Shown here: one piece after another, positions 35,662 through 45,208 of the stretch | How positions within the stretch are numbered: the first letter of the stretch is position 1 | Layout of the letters: the number at the start of each line of letters is the position of its first letter | Assembly (NCBI GenBank): GCA_036556385.1 | Contig: DATBJQ010000090.1 | Span: 7,057-71,056 of the forward strand | Direction: 5' to 3' | Source: Actinomycetota bacterium | Lineage (GTDB): Bacteria; Actinomycetota; UBA4738; HRBIN12 | Length of the DNA: 64,000 bases | Notes under the pieces: generated by a model | Told to the model about the DNA's origin: nothing | The model's database searches: none | What the model saw: only the letters and a program-made list of their open reading frames with translations | Made by a program: the position numbers and the translations under genes

Positions 35662-36609
35662 ATGGATGCCATGGGTGGAACGGTGCTGCTGGCGGCCCCG
35701 CGCGGGTACTGCGCCGGGGTCGAGCGCGCCGTCGAGGCCGTGGAGCGGGCCTTGGCGGCCCACGGGGCGCCCGTCTACGTCCGCAAGCAGATCGTGCACA
35801 ACCTGCACGTGGTCCGCGATCTCGAGGCGCAGGGGGCGATCTTCGTCGACGAGGTCACCGAGGTCCCGCAGGGAGCGGTGACCGTGCTCTCGGCGCACGG
35901 ATCGCCACCCGGCGTCTACGACGAGGCGCGCTCCCGCGAGCTGCGGTTGATCGACGCCACGTGCCCGCTCGTCACCAAGGTGCACGTGGAGGCCCGGCGC
36001 TTCGCGACCGAGGATCGGACGATCGTGCTGATCGGGCACGCCGGCCACGAGGAGGTCGAAGGGACCAGCGGCCAGGCTCCCGATCGGACCGTCCTCGTCC
36101 AGGACCTCGAGGATGCCCGCACCGTCGACCTGCCGGCCGGCGAGCTCGCCTACCTCACCCAGACCACGTTGTCGGTCGACGAGACCTCGGAGATCGTCCA
36201 GGCGCTGGCGGCCCGCTACCCGCACCTGGAGGGACCGCCGCGGGAGGACATCTGCTACGCGACCCAGAACCGGCAGGACGCCGTGAAGGCGATCGCGCCC
36301 CGGGCCGACGTCCTGCTCGTGATCGGATCGAGGAACTCCTCGAACTCGAACCGGCTCGCCGAGGTGGCGGTCGATCTGGGAACGCCGGCTCACCTGGTGG
36401 ACGACGAATCCGAGGTGGACCCCGCGTGGCTCGCCGGCGCGCGGACCGTGGGACTCACGAGCGGCGCGAGCGCGCCCGACCACCTGGTGGCCCGGATGCT
36501 CGCCTGGCTGGCCGAGCACGGGTTCGACCAGGTCGAGCAGATCGCGGTCGCGGAGGAGGGTGTGCGGTTCAGCCTGCCGAAGGGCGTTCGCGACGGAGCG
36601 GCGGGCTGA
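35662..36609 (+). CDS. ispH: 4-hydroxy-3-methylbut-2-enyl diphosphate reductase
   Basis: '[16 protein letters not shown]...[14 protein letters not shown]...LSAHGSPP...[10 protein letters not shown]' are the IspH/LytB Cys ligands and motifs. Confidence 0.9.
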   Translation: MDAMGGTVLLAAPRGYCAGVERAVEAVERALAAHGAPVYVRKQIVHNLHVVRDLEAQGAIFVDEVTEVPQGAVTVLSAHGSPPGVYDEARSRELRLIDATCPLVTKVHVEARRFATEDRTIVLIGHAGHEEVEGTSGQAPDRTVLVQDLEDARTVDLPAGELAYLTQTTLSVDETSEIVQALAARYPHLEGPPREDICYATQNRQDAVKAIAPRADVLLVIGSRNSSNSNRLAEVAVDLGTPAHLVDDESEVDPAWLAGARTVGLTSGASAPDHLVARMLAWLAEHGFDQVEQIAVAEEGVRFSLPKGVRDGAAG

Positions 36610-36612
36610 GGC

Positions 36613-37164
36613 TCAGCTCCAGGAGCTGAACCGGTCGCGATCCTCCTCGGCGTCCTCGTACTCGATCGCGACCAAGGTGCTGGTCGCCTGGATGCCCGGG
36701 ATCTGGTGGATCTGGTCGAGCACCACCCCGCTCGCGATCTCCCACGGTTGGGCGACGCAGGTGACCAGGTCCCAATCGCCTCCCAGGACCGCGACCCCAG
36801 CCACATCGGGCATCTCGACGAGGCGCTCCGCGATCCCGCCTGCCGCGCCGGCCTCGGCCCGGATATGCACGTAGCAGGCGTCGGCGATCATCGGCGGCGG
36901 CTTGGGCCCGCCGAACCCCGTGATCCCGATCCGGTCGGGGGGGACCACCGGGGCGGTCACGGTCCGGACCACCCCCGGGATGAAGTGGACCTCGCCGAGC
37001 ACGACCCTGGCGATCGTGGCCAGATCGGGTCCCTCCGCGTGGACCAGCACGTCCCACTCGCCGACCACGGGGAGGGCTCGATGGACCCCCTGCTTGGTGG
37101 AGAGGCCGGCCATCACGTCACCCATCCGACCGGGCTCCACCCGCAGGTACACGAAGGCATCCAT
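36613..37164 (-). CDS. Stand-alone tandem Lrp/AsnC ligand-binding (RAM) domain protein, with no HTH
   Basis: Two copies of the AsnC C-terminal fold ('MDAFVYLRVEPGRMGDV...EWDVLVHAEGPDLATIARVV' and 'YVHIRAEAGAAGGIAERL...DWDLVTCVAQ'). Start at 37164. The upstream part of the ORF track is shadow. Confidence 0.6.
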   Translation of the reverse strand: MDAFVYLRVEPGRMGDVMAGLSTKQGVHRALPVVGEWDVLVHAEGPDLATIARVVLGEVHFIPGVVRTVTAPVVPPDRIGITGFGGPKPPPMIADACYVHIRAEAGAAGGIAERLVEMPDVAGVAVLGGDWDLVTCVAQPWEIASGVVLDQIHQIPGIQATSTLVAIEYEDAEEDRDRFSSWS

Positions 37165-37226
37165 GGGCGCAGGGTAGGGGGCGTGACCCCTCCGCTCAAG
37201 CGTTCCGGGCAGCGGCGGCCCGGGAG

Positions 37227-38423
37227 CTACGCCTCGGCGGGGACGGGCTGCTCGCCGCACAGGTCGAGCAGCTCCGCCTCGCCCTCCTCGGGTCCCACGG
37301 AGATCAGCCGGTCGCCGGCGGCCAGGACCAGGGTCCCTCGCGGACGGTAGATCCACCGCTGACCTCGCTGGATCGCCAGGACGAACATCCCCGTCTCGGT
37401 CTCGAGTCGGAGCTCCTTCAGGGAGCGGCCGTCCGCGGGCGATCCGGGCTGCACGACCGTCTCGGCACTGGTCTCCTCCGTCTCCTCGAGGGCCATCTGC
37501 ACCACCGGGTGCAGCGGCTCGCCCTGCTCGACGTACCACGTCATGTCGCGGGCCGCGTCGCAGATCGACTCGGACGCGCTCGCGAGGCGGATCAGCCCCC
37601 GCAGCTCGTCGACGTGCCGGGCCTCGGGGGCCGCGCGCAGCACCCACGACTCCAGCTCGTCCTCGAGCCGGTCGCTGCGCGACTCCAGGGCGCCGACCTC
37701 GGCCGCGAGCGAGCGGTTGTTGAACAGGATCGAGGAGTAGGCGAGCCCGACCGCGGCCTCGGCGAGGTCCTTCATCTCGACCAGGATGTCGACGGCCCGA
37801 TCCAGCTCCGACAGCGGCGGCAGGTCCTCCGAGCCGTCGGTGGGCAGCCGGGGGGCGCCCGCGAGCTCCCGGACCAGGTCCACCCCCTCCTCGGGACCAC
37901 GGACCAGCAGCACGTCCCGCGACGAGATCACGTCGTCGGGGCCGGGATCGAACTCCCAGTCGGTGCCGCTGCGGATCGCCATGACCCACATGCCGGTCTC
38001 GGTCGGCAGGGAGAGCTCCCGCAGGCTCCGCCCGATGATCGGGGCCTCGTCGCGGACCTTCACGCGTGCGGTGATCTCGTCGGCGTGCCGCAGGTCGGGT
38101 CGCAGCGTGTCGGGGATCCCGAGCCGGGCGGCGACGACCCGCGCGATGTCGGCCGCGGCGTCGCCCACCTTCTGGATCGCGTCGGCGATCCAGAGCACGC
38201 CCGCCATCCCTTCGGCGTCCTCAGGGCTCCGCGCCGCCAGCATCGCGATCGTGCGCAGGCGACGCAGGTACCGTCCCATCTGCTCGTCCAGCCGGTCGAC
38301 CTCGCGCGCGAGCTTCTCCTCGTTGAAGAAGACGGCCGCGTACGCGAGGTCGACCATCAACTCGGAGGCGTCCTTGAGGACGACGAGCAGATCCTTGACG
38401 TTGTTCGGTTGGTCGCTGTCCAT
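37227..38423 (-). CDS. Cytoplasmic regulator with tandem [PhoU-like helical domain – TrkA_C] modules
   Basis: Start 'MDSDQPNNVKDLL' is 5 nt after the upstream channel gene's stop. Two PhoU-type helical bundles ('DLAYAAVFFNEEKLAREV', 'DLAEAAVGLAYSSILFNNRSLAAEV') are each followed by a TrkA_C-like domain ('IIGRSLRELSLPTETGMWVMAIRSG...VLLVRG', 'DGRSLKELRLETETGMFVLAIQRG...RLISVG'). Confidence 0.7.
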   Translation of the reverse strand: MDSDQPNNVKDLLVVLKDASELMVDLAYAAVFFNEEKLAREVDRLDEQMGRYLRRLRTIAMLAARSPEDAEGMAGVLWIADAIQKVGDAAADIARVVAARLGIPDTLRPDLRHADEITARVKVRDEAPIIGRSLRELSLPTETGMWVMAIRSGTDWEFDPGPDDVISSRDVLLVRGPEEGVDLVRELAGAPRLPTDGSEDLPPLSELDRAVDILVEMKDLAEAAVGLAYSSILFNNRSLAAEVGALESRSDRLEDELESWVLRAAPEARHVDELRGLIRLASASESICDAARDMTWYVEQGEPLHPVVQMALEETEETSAETVVQPGSPADGRSLKELRLETETGMFVLAIQRGQRWIYRPRGTLVLAAGDRLISVGPEEGEAELLDLCGEQPVPAEA

Positions 38424-38428
38424 GACGG

Positions 38429-39670
38429 TCAGATCACCCCAGATATTGCCATGACGAACAGGATCGCCCATACCCCCGCCAGGTCCATCACGCTGGTGAT
38501 GATGGGCACGCCCTGGTTGTCGGGGTCGAGGCCGAGTCGGTACGTCAGCACGGCGAGCGCGTAGCCCCCCACCAGCGTGATCGGGGTCACGAGCAGCCCG
38601 GCCCCGAGCGTGAGCGCGGCGAGCGTCGTGAACGACGGCATGTGCGGCAGCCCGGTGGCCGTCCCGAACGCCCAGCCGAGCGATCCGATCGCGGCGAAGA
38701 TCACGATCGCGAGGCCGAGGACGATCCCCGCATCGACCAGGGTCGGCGTCTCCGGCCGGCCACGAGGGGTGATGACCCCGATCTCGAGCTTCGAGGTGGT
38801 GCGCGAAGAGAAGATGCCGCCCAGCGCTCCGGCCTGCGAGACGAACGGTGGGATCAGCGCCAGGAGCACGGGCGTCGCGCTGAGCTCCGAGAGCCGGGCC
38901 TGCTCCAGGGCCCCCGCCGCGACGTCCAGGATCGGCGTCAACAGGATCGTGGCGGTCATCTCCATCACGATCCGTCGCACGGTCGCGTCGTGGGCGCGGT
39001 AGCCGGCCACGGTGCAGACGACGGCGGCCACGAGGCAGAGCGCCGCGAGGACCGTCGTGAGCGCCCCGAGGTCCACGAGGGTGGAGGCGAGGAACAGGCT
39101 GGGGATCGTGGTCATGTCTCCGAGGGCGGTGACCATGGGGGTCGAGACCGCGTCGAGGTCCCAGTCCAGCCGCGTCGACAGCGCGGACAGTCCGACGGTC
39201 ACCAACAGCACGAGGATCGACCCGAGCGTGCCCCCGAGGACCGAGATCACGAGGAGCTGGCGCAACGAGATCACGGGCTGGCCCGTGATCTCCGCCGCGA
39301 ACCTCGTGAGGACGGCGAGCCACAACGCCGAGGAGAACGTGGTCAGGATCGCGACGTCGACGTTGCGCCGGAGCACCCCGCCCGGGCGCAGGTCCAGGGT
39401 CAGGATCCCGGCCGCCTTCGCGGTGCCCAGGCGCGCCCCGATGGCTCCGAAGATCGTCCCCTTCATCCCGACCGCGGCGGGGATCAGGACGAGCAGACCC
39501 GGGAGCTCCTCGAGGGTGCCGGTGAGATGGGCGAGCGTCAGGCCCGCGAGGAAACCCGCGACGGTGCTGAGGACGAGCGCGACCAGGCCCTGGCGGAAGG
39601 TCCTTCGCTCGGACCGCCAGTAGCCGAAGAGCCGCGCCGCGCGGCGCGCGAGGGCGCGTGGGCGCGCCAT
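38429..39670 (-). CDS. Tandem MgtE-type transmembrane channel (SLC41-like) lacking the cytosolic N/CBS domains
   Basis: Two internal repeats each carry MgtE-TM motifs: 'IPAAVGMKGTIFGAIGARL' and 'IPPFVSQAGALGGIFSSRTTS' (compare MgtE 'P..SGMGGNTGSQ...R'), plus 'STPMVTALGDMTTIP' and 'GVPIITSVMDLAGVW' (compare MgtE 'SSPLITTVVDVTG'). Confidence 0.65.
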   Translation of the reverse strand: MARPRALARRAARLFGYWRSERRTFRQGLVALVLSTVAGFLAGLTLAHLTGTLEELPGLLVLIPAAVGMKGTIFGAIGARLGTAKAAGILTLDLRPGGVLRRNVDVAILTTFSSALWLAVLTRFAAEITGQPVISLRQLLVISVLGGTLGSILVLLVTVGLSALSTRLDWDLDAVSTPMVTALGDMTTIPSLFLASTLVDLGALTTVLAALCLVAAVVCTVAGYRAHDATVRRIVMEMTATILLTPILDVAAGALEQARLSELSATPVLLALIPPFVSQAGALGGIFSSRTTSKLEIGVITPRGRPETPTLVDAGIVLGLAIVIFAAIGSLGWAFGTATGLPHMPSFTTLAALTLGAGLLVTPITLVGGYALAVLTYRLGLDPDNQGVPIITSVMDLAGVWAILFVMAISGVI

Positions 39671-39810
39671 CGAGACTCCTTCATGGGGTCACCTGCCTCG
39701 TATGCCATCACGCAGACCCTTCGGGCCCCGGGCAGTATGGCGGGAGGCGGTCGGGAGGGCAAGCCTTCGGTCCTCGGCCTCGACCTTCGCCCTCGGGTCT
39801 GGGCCCTCGA

Positions 39811-40755
39811 TCAGGGCACCCAGTCGCGGGTCACGAACAGCCAGAAGGCCAGGCCGGCGTCGGCACCGTAGCGCCGGAACCGCCGGGCGATCGTCGCATC
39901 CGCGGGGACCCGGCGCGCGCCCGCGAGCCGCGCGTAGGTGGGCCGCGTCCACGAGTCCAGGATCAGCCGGCTGTTGCGGCCGAGGGTCATCATGATGTGC
40001 GCGGCCGCGTAGGGGCCGACGCCCGGCAACGCCAGGAGGCGTCGCTCCACCTCGTCGTCCGGGAGCTCCTCGCGCGTCGTGGCGCCGAGGTCCTCCAGCT
40101 CCACCTCGCCCGACGCCTCGAGCTCGGCCAGCCGGAGCAGGTTGGGTGCGCGGTAGCCGCTGCGGACGACCTCCCGATAGAAGCGCTCGTCCTGCGCCGC
40201 CATCGCGGCGGCGGTGGGGAAGGCATGGGTGAGGGGATCGAGCTCGTGGCCGACCGCCGGTTCGCCCAGCGTCCGAACGAGCGCGTTCACCATCGTGACG
40301 GTGAGCGACCAGGAGCAGTTCGTCGTGCACACCGTCTTCACCACGTCCTCCCACACGGTGGGGCTGCGGAGCATCCTCCCGGCCCCGGTCGTCACCCAGG
40401 CAAGGTCGGGATCGTCGTTGGCGATCGCGTAGAACCCGGAGAGATCCTGGTCCAGCCGTAGGACGTGAGCGGCCGCAGCCGCGAGCTCTCCGAGCGCCTC
40501 GGCCGAGGGCGCGGGCCCTCCGAGCACCGTCACTCCGGCCCGGCGGGCCCGCGCCGGCGCGATGCGGAGCCGACGGGGCCGCCCCCGGCGCCGACGGATC
40601 GTCACGTCCAGGGTCCGCGCTGCTTCGTCCACGCGCAGCGGCGCGAGATCCGTGAACCCGTGGGACACGAGCGTTCGCCACAGGTCCACCGGCTCGCCGC
40701 CGGCACCGCGGAGCCGGAGCTCGGTCGACCGGGCCGTCACGCCGTCGCCGTCCAC
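39811..40755 (-). CDS. HhH-GPD DNA glycosylase, AlkA-like (DNA-3-methyladenine glycosylase II)
   Basis: N-terminal AlkA_N-like domain, then the helix-hairpin-helix 'LLALPGVGPYAAAHIMMTLGRNSRLILDSW'. Confidence 0.7.
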   Translation of the reverse strand: MDGDGVTARSTELRLRGAGGEPVDLWRTLVSHGFTDLAPLRVDEAARTLDVTIRRRRGRPRRLRIAPARARRAGVTVLGGPAPSAEALGELAAAAAHVLRLDQDLSGFYAIANDDPDLAWVTTGAGRMLRSPTVWEDVVKTVCTTNCSWSLTVTMVNALVRTLGEPAVGHELDPLTHAFPTAAAMAAQDERFYREVVRSGYRAPNLLRLAELEASGEVELEDLGATTREELPDDEVERRLLALPGVGPYAAAHIMMTLGRNSRLILDSWTRPTYARLAGARRVPADATIARRFRRYGADAGLAFWLFVTRDWVP

Positions 40756-40828
40756 CGACGCGGGTCAGAGCGGGAGTGCCGCATGACCGGTCACCGTACC
40801 CGGCGGCCGGGGGTCACGGGGAACCAGG

Positions 40829-41740
40829 ATGCGACGGCTACACTCGTGCGCCATGACGAGCGGGTCGGTCGACGAGCCCGGAGCGCGCGGCCTCGCGGCC
40901 GTGGAGGGGCTCTCCGCGGGTCCCGTGATGGTGATCGGCGGTGCCGAGGACAAGCTGCGGGACCGCGTGATCCTGAACCGGTTCGCCACGTACGCGGGCG
41001 GCGCGGACGGACACGTCGTCGTGATCTCCACCGCGTCGTCGCTCGGCGATGAGGCCACGGCGGTCTACGGAACGATCCTGGGGGAGCTCGGGATCGGTCG
41101 CGTGAGCGGGCTGCGGCCAGAGGAGCGGGAGGCGGCGGACGATCCCGCAGCCGTCCGCCAGGTCGCGGAGGCCACCGGGGTCTTCCTCACGGGGGGCAAC
41201 CAGTCGCGGCTGACGCAGGTGGTGGCGGGAACGCGGCTGGGCGACGCGATCGCGAACGCCCACGACCGCGGCGCGGTGCTGGCCGGCACCAGTGCCGGCG
41301 CCAGCGCGATGGCCACCCACATGGTGGCGTTCGGGAGGACGGGACCGACGCCCAAGAACCGCATGGTCCAGCTCTCGGCTGGGCTCGGCATCCTGCACGG
41401 CCTCGTGATCGACCAGCACTTCGAGCAGCGGGGGAGGATCGGGCGGCTGCTGGCTCTGGTGGCCCAGTCGCCGTCGCTGCTCGGCGTCGGGATCGACGAG
41501 GACACGTGCGCGATCGTCTTCGCCGATCAGACGCTCACCGTGATCGGGAAGGGCGCCGTCACGATCGTGGACGGCCGCAACGTCACCACCGACGCGTATC
41601 GAGGAAAGGGGTATAAACCGCTCATGGTCTCGGGTGCGGTCCTGCACTCGCTCCCGTCCGGCTACTGGTTCGACCTTCGCCGGAGGGTGCTGCTGGCAGG
41701 ACCCCACCAGCCGGACCTCGAGCGAGAGGCGTCGGAGTAG
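40829..41740 (+). CDS. cphB: Cyanophycinase (peptidase S51)
   Basis: 'VMVIGGAEDK', 'GVFLTGGNQSRL' and 'LAGTSAGASAM' (the catalytic Ser in GxSAG). Immediately upstream of cphA. Confidence 0.85.
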   Translation: MRRLHSCAMTSGSVDEPGARGLAAVEGLSAGPVMVIGGAEDKLRDRVILNRFATYAGGADGHVVVISTASSLGDEATAVYGTILGELGIGRVSGLRPEEREAADDPAAVRQVAEATGVFLTGGNQSRLTQVVAGTRLGDAIANAHDRGAVLAGTSAGASAMATHMVAFGRTGPTPKNRMVQLSAGLGILHGLVIDQHFEQRGRIGRLLALVAQSPSLLGVGIDEDTCAIVFADQTLTVIGKGAVTIVDGRNVTTDAYRGKGYKPLMVSGAVLHSLPSGYWFDLRRRVLLAGPHQPDLEREASE

Positions 41741-44632
41741 GTGGCAACGACCCGGAAGCGTTCCTCCGCAACGAACACGAAGGCTGCCCGAGCGAAGACG
41801 AAACGCGAGCCGGCCGCGGCCAAGCCGAAGCTGTCCCCCGACCTGCAGGTGCTCCAAACCCAGGTCTTCCGCGGACCCAACTACTGGTCGTACGAGCCCT
41901 GCATCCGCATGCTCGTGGACCTCGGCTCGCTCGAGCACTGGCCCTCCAACACGATCCCCGGGTTCAACGACGCGCTGCTCGCCTTGCTGCCCGGTGTGGC
42001 CGAGCACTCGTGCTCCCTGGGGAAGCGGGGCGGGTTCGGGGAGCGGCTGCGTGACGGCACCTGGCTCGGCCACGTGGCCGAGCACGTGGCGCTCGAGCTC
42101 CAGCGCGAGTCCGGCGCCCACATCTCACGGGGGAAGACGCGCAGCGCCGGGCAGCCCGGCGTGTACAACGTGATCTACGGCTACGCCGAGGAGCGGGTGG
42201 GGCTGGCCGCCGGCTCGCTCGCCGTCCGCCTCCTGAACCACCTCGTGCGCGCGGAGGACGGCTTCGACTTCGACGCGGAGCTGGAGCGGCTGATCCTGCT
42301 GGCCGAGCGGCGTCAGTTCGGCCCCTCGACCCAGGCGATCGTGGACGAGGCCCTGAGCAGGGACATCCCGTGGATGCGGCTGAACGAGCACTCGCTGGTC
42401 CAGCTCGGTCAAGGGGCCTACCAGCAGCGGATCCGGGCGACGATGACGTCGAAGACCGGCGCCCTCTCGGTGGACATCGCGCAGGACAAGAAGATGACGA
42501 ACCGCCTGTTGGCGGCCGCGGGGCTCCCGGTCCCGCGCAGCGAGGTGGTCCGCGTCGAGGACGACGCCGTGACCGCCGCCAAGCGGATCGGGTTCCCGGT
42601 CGTGGTGAAGCCCCTCGACGGCAACCACGGCCGCGGGGTGGCGCTCGATCTGAAGACCGAGCGAGCCGTCCGGACCGGGTTCAAGCGCGCGCTCAAGGAG
42701 AGCCGCCGCGGGGACGTCGTCGTCGAGACGTACGTGACCGGCAACGACTACCGCGTGCTCGTGATCGGCGGGCGGATGGTGGCGATCGCCGAGCGGGTGC
42801 CCGCCCACGTCGTCGGCGACGGCGAGCACACGGTCACCGAGCTCGTCGAGCTGACGAACCAGGATCCGCGGCGCGGGATCGGCCACGAGAAGGTCCTGAC
42901 GCGCGTGCGGGTCGACGACGCCGCGACCGATCTGGTGAAGAAGCAGGGGTTCGCGCTCGACGACGTGCCGCCCGCGGACACCATGGTCAAGCTCGCCGCC
43001 ACCGGCAACATGTCGACCGGCGGGATCTCGATCGACCGGACCTGGGACGCGCACGAGGACAACGTGGAGATCGCCGAGGAGGCCGCCCGCGTGATCGGCC
43101 TGGACGTGGCGGGGATCGACTTCATCGCGCCGGACATCTCCCATCCCGTCCGGGAGACGGGGGGCGCGATCGTCGAGGTGAATGCCGCGCCGGGGTTCCG
43201 GATGCACACCCACCCCACCGAGGGCGAGCCGCAGTACGTGGCGAAGCACGTCGTGGACCTGCTGTTCCCGCCGGGGACGCCGTCGCGGATCCCGATCGTG
43301 GCGGTCACCGGGTCGAACGGGAAGACCACGACGACGCGCATGATCTCGCACATCTTCCGCGGGATGGGCCGCCGGGTCGGGATGACCACGACCGACGGCG
43401 TCTACATCGACGAGCGGCTCGTGAAGCGGGTCGACGCCAGCGGGCCGAAGTCGGCCCAGATGGTGCTGCAGAACCCGCGCGTCGACTTCGCCGTGTTCGA
43501 AGTTGCCCGCGGCGGGATCCTGCGCGAGGGCCTCGGCTACGAGCGCAACGACGTCGGCGTGGTCCTCAACGTGACGGGCGACCATCTGGGGCTGCGAGAG
43601 ATCGAGACGCTCGAGCAGCTCGCAGGTGTCAAGCAGGTCGTGGTGGAAGCCGTGCCGCGCAACGGGTGGGCCGTGCTGAACGCGGACGACCCGCTCGTGC
43701 TCGAGATGCGGCGGCACTGCGGCGGCAACGTGATCCTGTTCACGATGCAGGACAAGCATGACCTGGTCGACCGGTGGGTGCGCCGCGGCCGCAAGGCCGT
43801 CGTGCTCGAGTCGAGCGATCGCGGCGAGATGATGGTGATCCGCGAGGGCCGCCGGTCGATGCCGATCGCGTGGGTCCACACCCTCCCGGCCACGTTCGAG
43901 GGCAAGGCCCGGATGATGGTGCAGAACGCGATGGCGGCCGCCGCGGCCGCGCACGTCGCCGGCGCGCACCTGCACGACATCCGCCAGGGCCTCCGCTCCT
44001 TCACGACCTCGATCTACCAGGCGCCGGGACGGTTGAACGTCTTCGACCTGGATGGCGTGACGGTGGTCCTCGACTACGCCCACAACGCCCATGGCCTGGA
44101 GACGCTCGGCGACTTCACCGAGCGGCTCGCGGCGGATCGTCCGACCGGGGGCTCGCGTCCCGGCGAGGCATCCTGGTCGGCGAACCTGCGCGTTGCCTCG
44201 GTGGCGACCGCCGGGGATCGCCGGGACGACGACATCCGGGACCTCGGCCGCGTCGCCTCCCGCTACTTCGACGAGGTGATCATCCGCGAGGACCGGAACA
44301 CGCGGGGTCGCGAGCGCGGCGAGACGGCCGCCCTGATCATGGAGGGGATCCGCGAGGGCCAGGCGGCCGGCGGCCGGGCGGGCCATGCCGAGATCGTGCT
44401 CGACGAGATGGACGCCGCGCGCAGGGCGCTCGACCGGGCGCGGCCCGGCGACCTCGTGGTGCTGTGCGTCGACTACGCCACCGAGACGTACCGGGAGCTC
44501 GAGGCGCGGCGTGGGGTGGCCGCCCCGAGCGCCCTGCGCGGGTCGGAGGACGGGCAGTTCGAGTCGGTGGGCGGCGATCCGGACATCGTCGGCCACCGGG
44601 CGGGGAACGGCTCGGCCGGCCCCGCCGCCTGA
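41741..44632 (+). CDS. cphA: Cyanophycin synthetase (N domain + ATP-grasp + Mur-ligase-like domain)
   Basis: 'LQTQVFRGPNYWSYEPCIRM' (N domain). ATP-grasp 'KRIGFPVVVKPLDGNHGRGV...DYRVLVIGGRMVAIAERVPAHVVGDG'. M domain 'IVAVTGSNGKTTTTRMI...LNADDP...DYAHN'. GTG start directly after the cphB stop. Confidence 0.9.
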   Translation: MATTRKRSSATNTKAARAKTKREPAAAKPKLSPDLQVLQTQVFRGPNYWSYEPCIRMLVDLGSLEHWPSNTIPGFNDALLALLPGVAEHSCSLGKRGGFGERLRDGTWLGHVAEHVALELQRESGAHISRGKTRSAGQPGVYNVIYGYAEERVGLAAGSLAVRLLNHLVRAEDGFDFDAELERLILLAERRQFGPSTQAIVDEALSRDIPWMRLNEHSLVQLGQGAYQQRIRATMTSKTGALSVDIAQDKKMTNRLLAAAGLPVPRSEVVRVEDDAVTAAKRIGFPVVVKPLDGNHGRGVALDLKTERAVRTGFKRALKESRRGDVVVETYVTGNDYRVLVIGGRMVAIAERVPAHVVGDGEHTVTELVELTNQDPRRGIGHEKVLTRVRVDDAATDLVKKQGFALDDVPPADTMVKLAATGNMSTGGISIDRTWDAHEDNVEIAEEAARVIGLDVAGIDFIAPDISHPVRETGGAIVEVNAAPGFRMHTHPTEGEPQYVAKHVVDLLFPPGTPSRIPIVAVTGSNGKTTTTRMISHIFRGMGRRVGMTTTDGVYIDERLVKRVDASGPKSAQMVLQNPRVDFAVFEVARGGILREGLGYERNDVGVVLNVTGDHLGLREIETLEQLAGVKQVVVEAVPRNGWAVLNADDPLVLEMRRHCGGNVILFTMQDKHDLVDRWVRRGRKAVVLESSDRGEMMVIREGRRSMPIAWVHTLPATFEGKARMMVQNAMAAAAAAHVAGAHLHDIRQGLRSFTTSIYQAPGRLNVFDLDGVTVVLDYAHNAHGLETLGDFTERLAADRPTGGSRPGEASWSANLRVASVATAGDRRDDDIRDLGRVASRYFDEVIIREDRNTRGRERGETAALIMEGIREGQAAGGRAGHAEIVLDEMDAARRALDRARPGDLVVLCVDYATETYRELEARRGVAAPSALRGSEDGQFESVGGDPDIVGHRAGNGSAGPAA

Positions 44633-44635
44633 GCG

Positions 44636-44979
44636 TGGACCACGCGGCGATCCGCGGAGCGCTCCGCGACCGTCTCGGCGAGCTCGACCGCGACCTCGCG
44701 GAGCTCACGGCGGTGCCCCGCGACCCGGCCGCGGCGGTCTCGTTCGGCAAGCGGATCGGCGAGGGCACGACGGAGGCCGTCGGACGGCTGGAGAAGGTCG
44801 GTGCCGCCGAGCAGCTCTCGGCGATGCGCGACGATGTGCTCCGGGCGCTCGACAAGCTCGAGGACGGGACCTACGGGCTGTGCGATCGGTGCGGGGCGCT
44901 GATCTCGGAGGAACGGCTCGAGGCCAGGCCCTGGTCGGTCCTGTGCGTGCGGTGCGCCTCCGGGCGCGCGGGTCGCTGA
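44636..44979 (+). CDS. DksA/TraR-family C4 zinc-finger protein
   Basis: C-terminal 'CDRCGALISEERLEARPWSVLCVRC' follows a coiled-coil-like region. GTG start 4 nt after the cphA stop. Confidence 0.7.
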
Positions 44980-44982
44980 GCC

Positions 44983-45189
44983 GTGGACAGGCTCCGCTCG
45001 ATGCTCCGAACGCCGACCGGGTGGTTCGTCTTCGGTCTGCTGGAGTTCCTGGTCGTCGCGGCGCTCCTCGTGTGGATCGTGCCGGCGGGATGGCCGGCGG
45101 CGGTCCAAGCGGGGGTGACGATCGCGGCGTTCGTCGGGCTCGTGGCGTTCAACCTGTGGTTGCAGCGACGGTGGTCGCGACCGCGCTGA
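44983..45189 (+). CDS. Small two-TM membrane protein (hypothetical)
   Basis: 'GWFVFGLLEFLVVAALLVWIV...VTIAAFVGLVAFNLWL' gives two hydrophobic helices. High GC3. No family assignable. Confidence 0.35.
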   Translation: MDRLRSMLRTPTGWFVFGLLEFLVVAALLVWIVPAGWPAAVQAGVTIAAFVGLVAFNLWLQRRWSRPR

Positions 45190-45208
45190 CCCGCCCGCGG
45201 GCGGCCCC

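Noticed and set aside
40465-41052. 195-aa plus ORF upstream of or overlapping cphB and alkA
   Set aside because: It is an Arg-rich shadow frame with no motifs. cphB has a clear S51 peptidase signature in its own frame.
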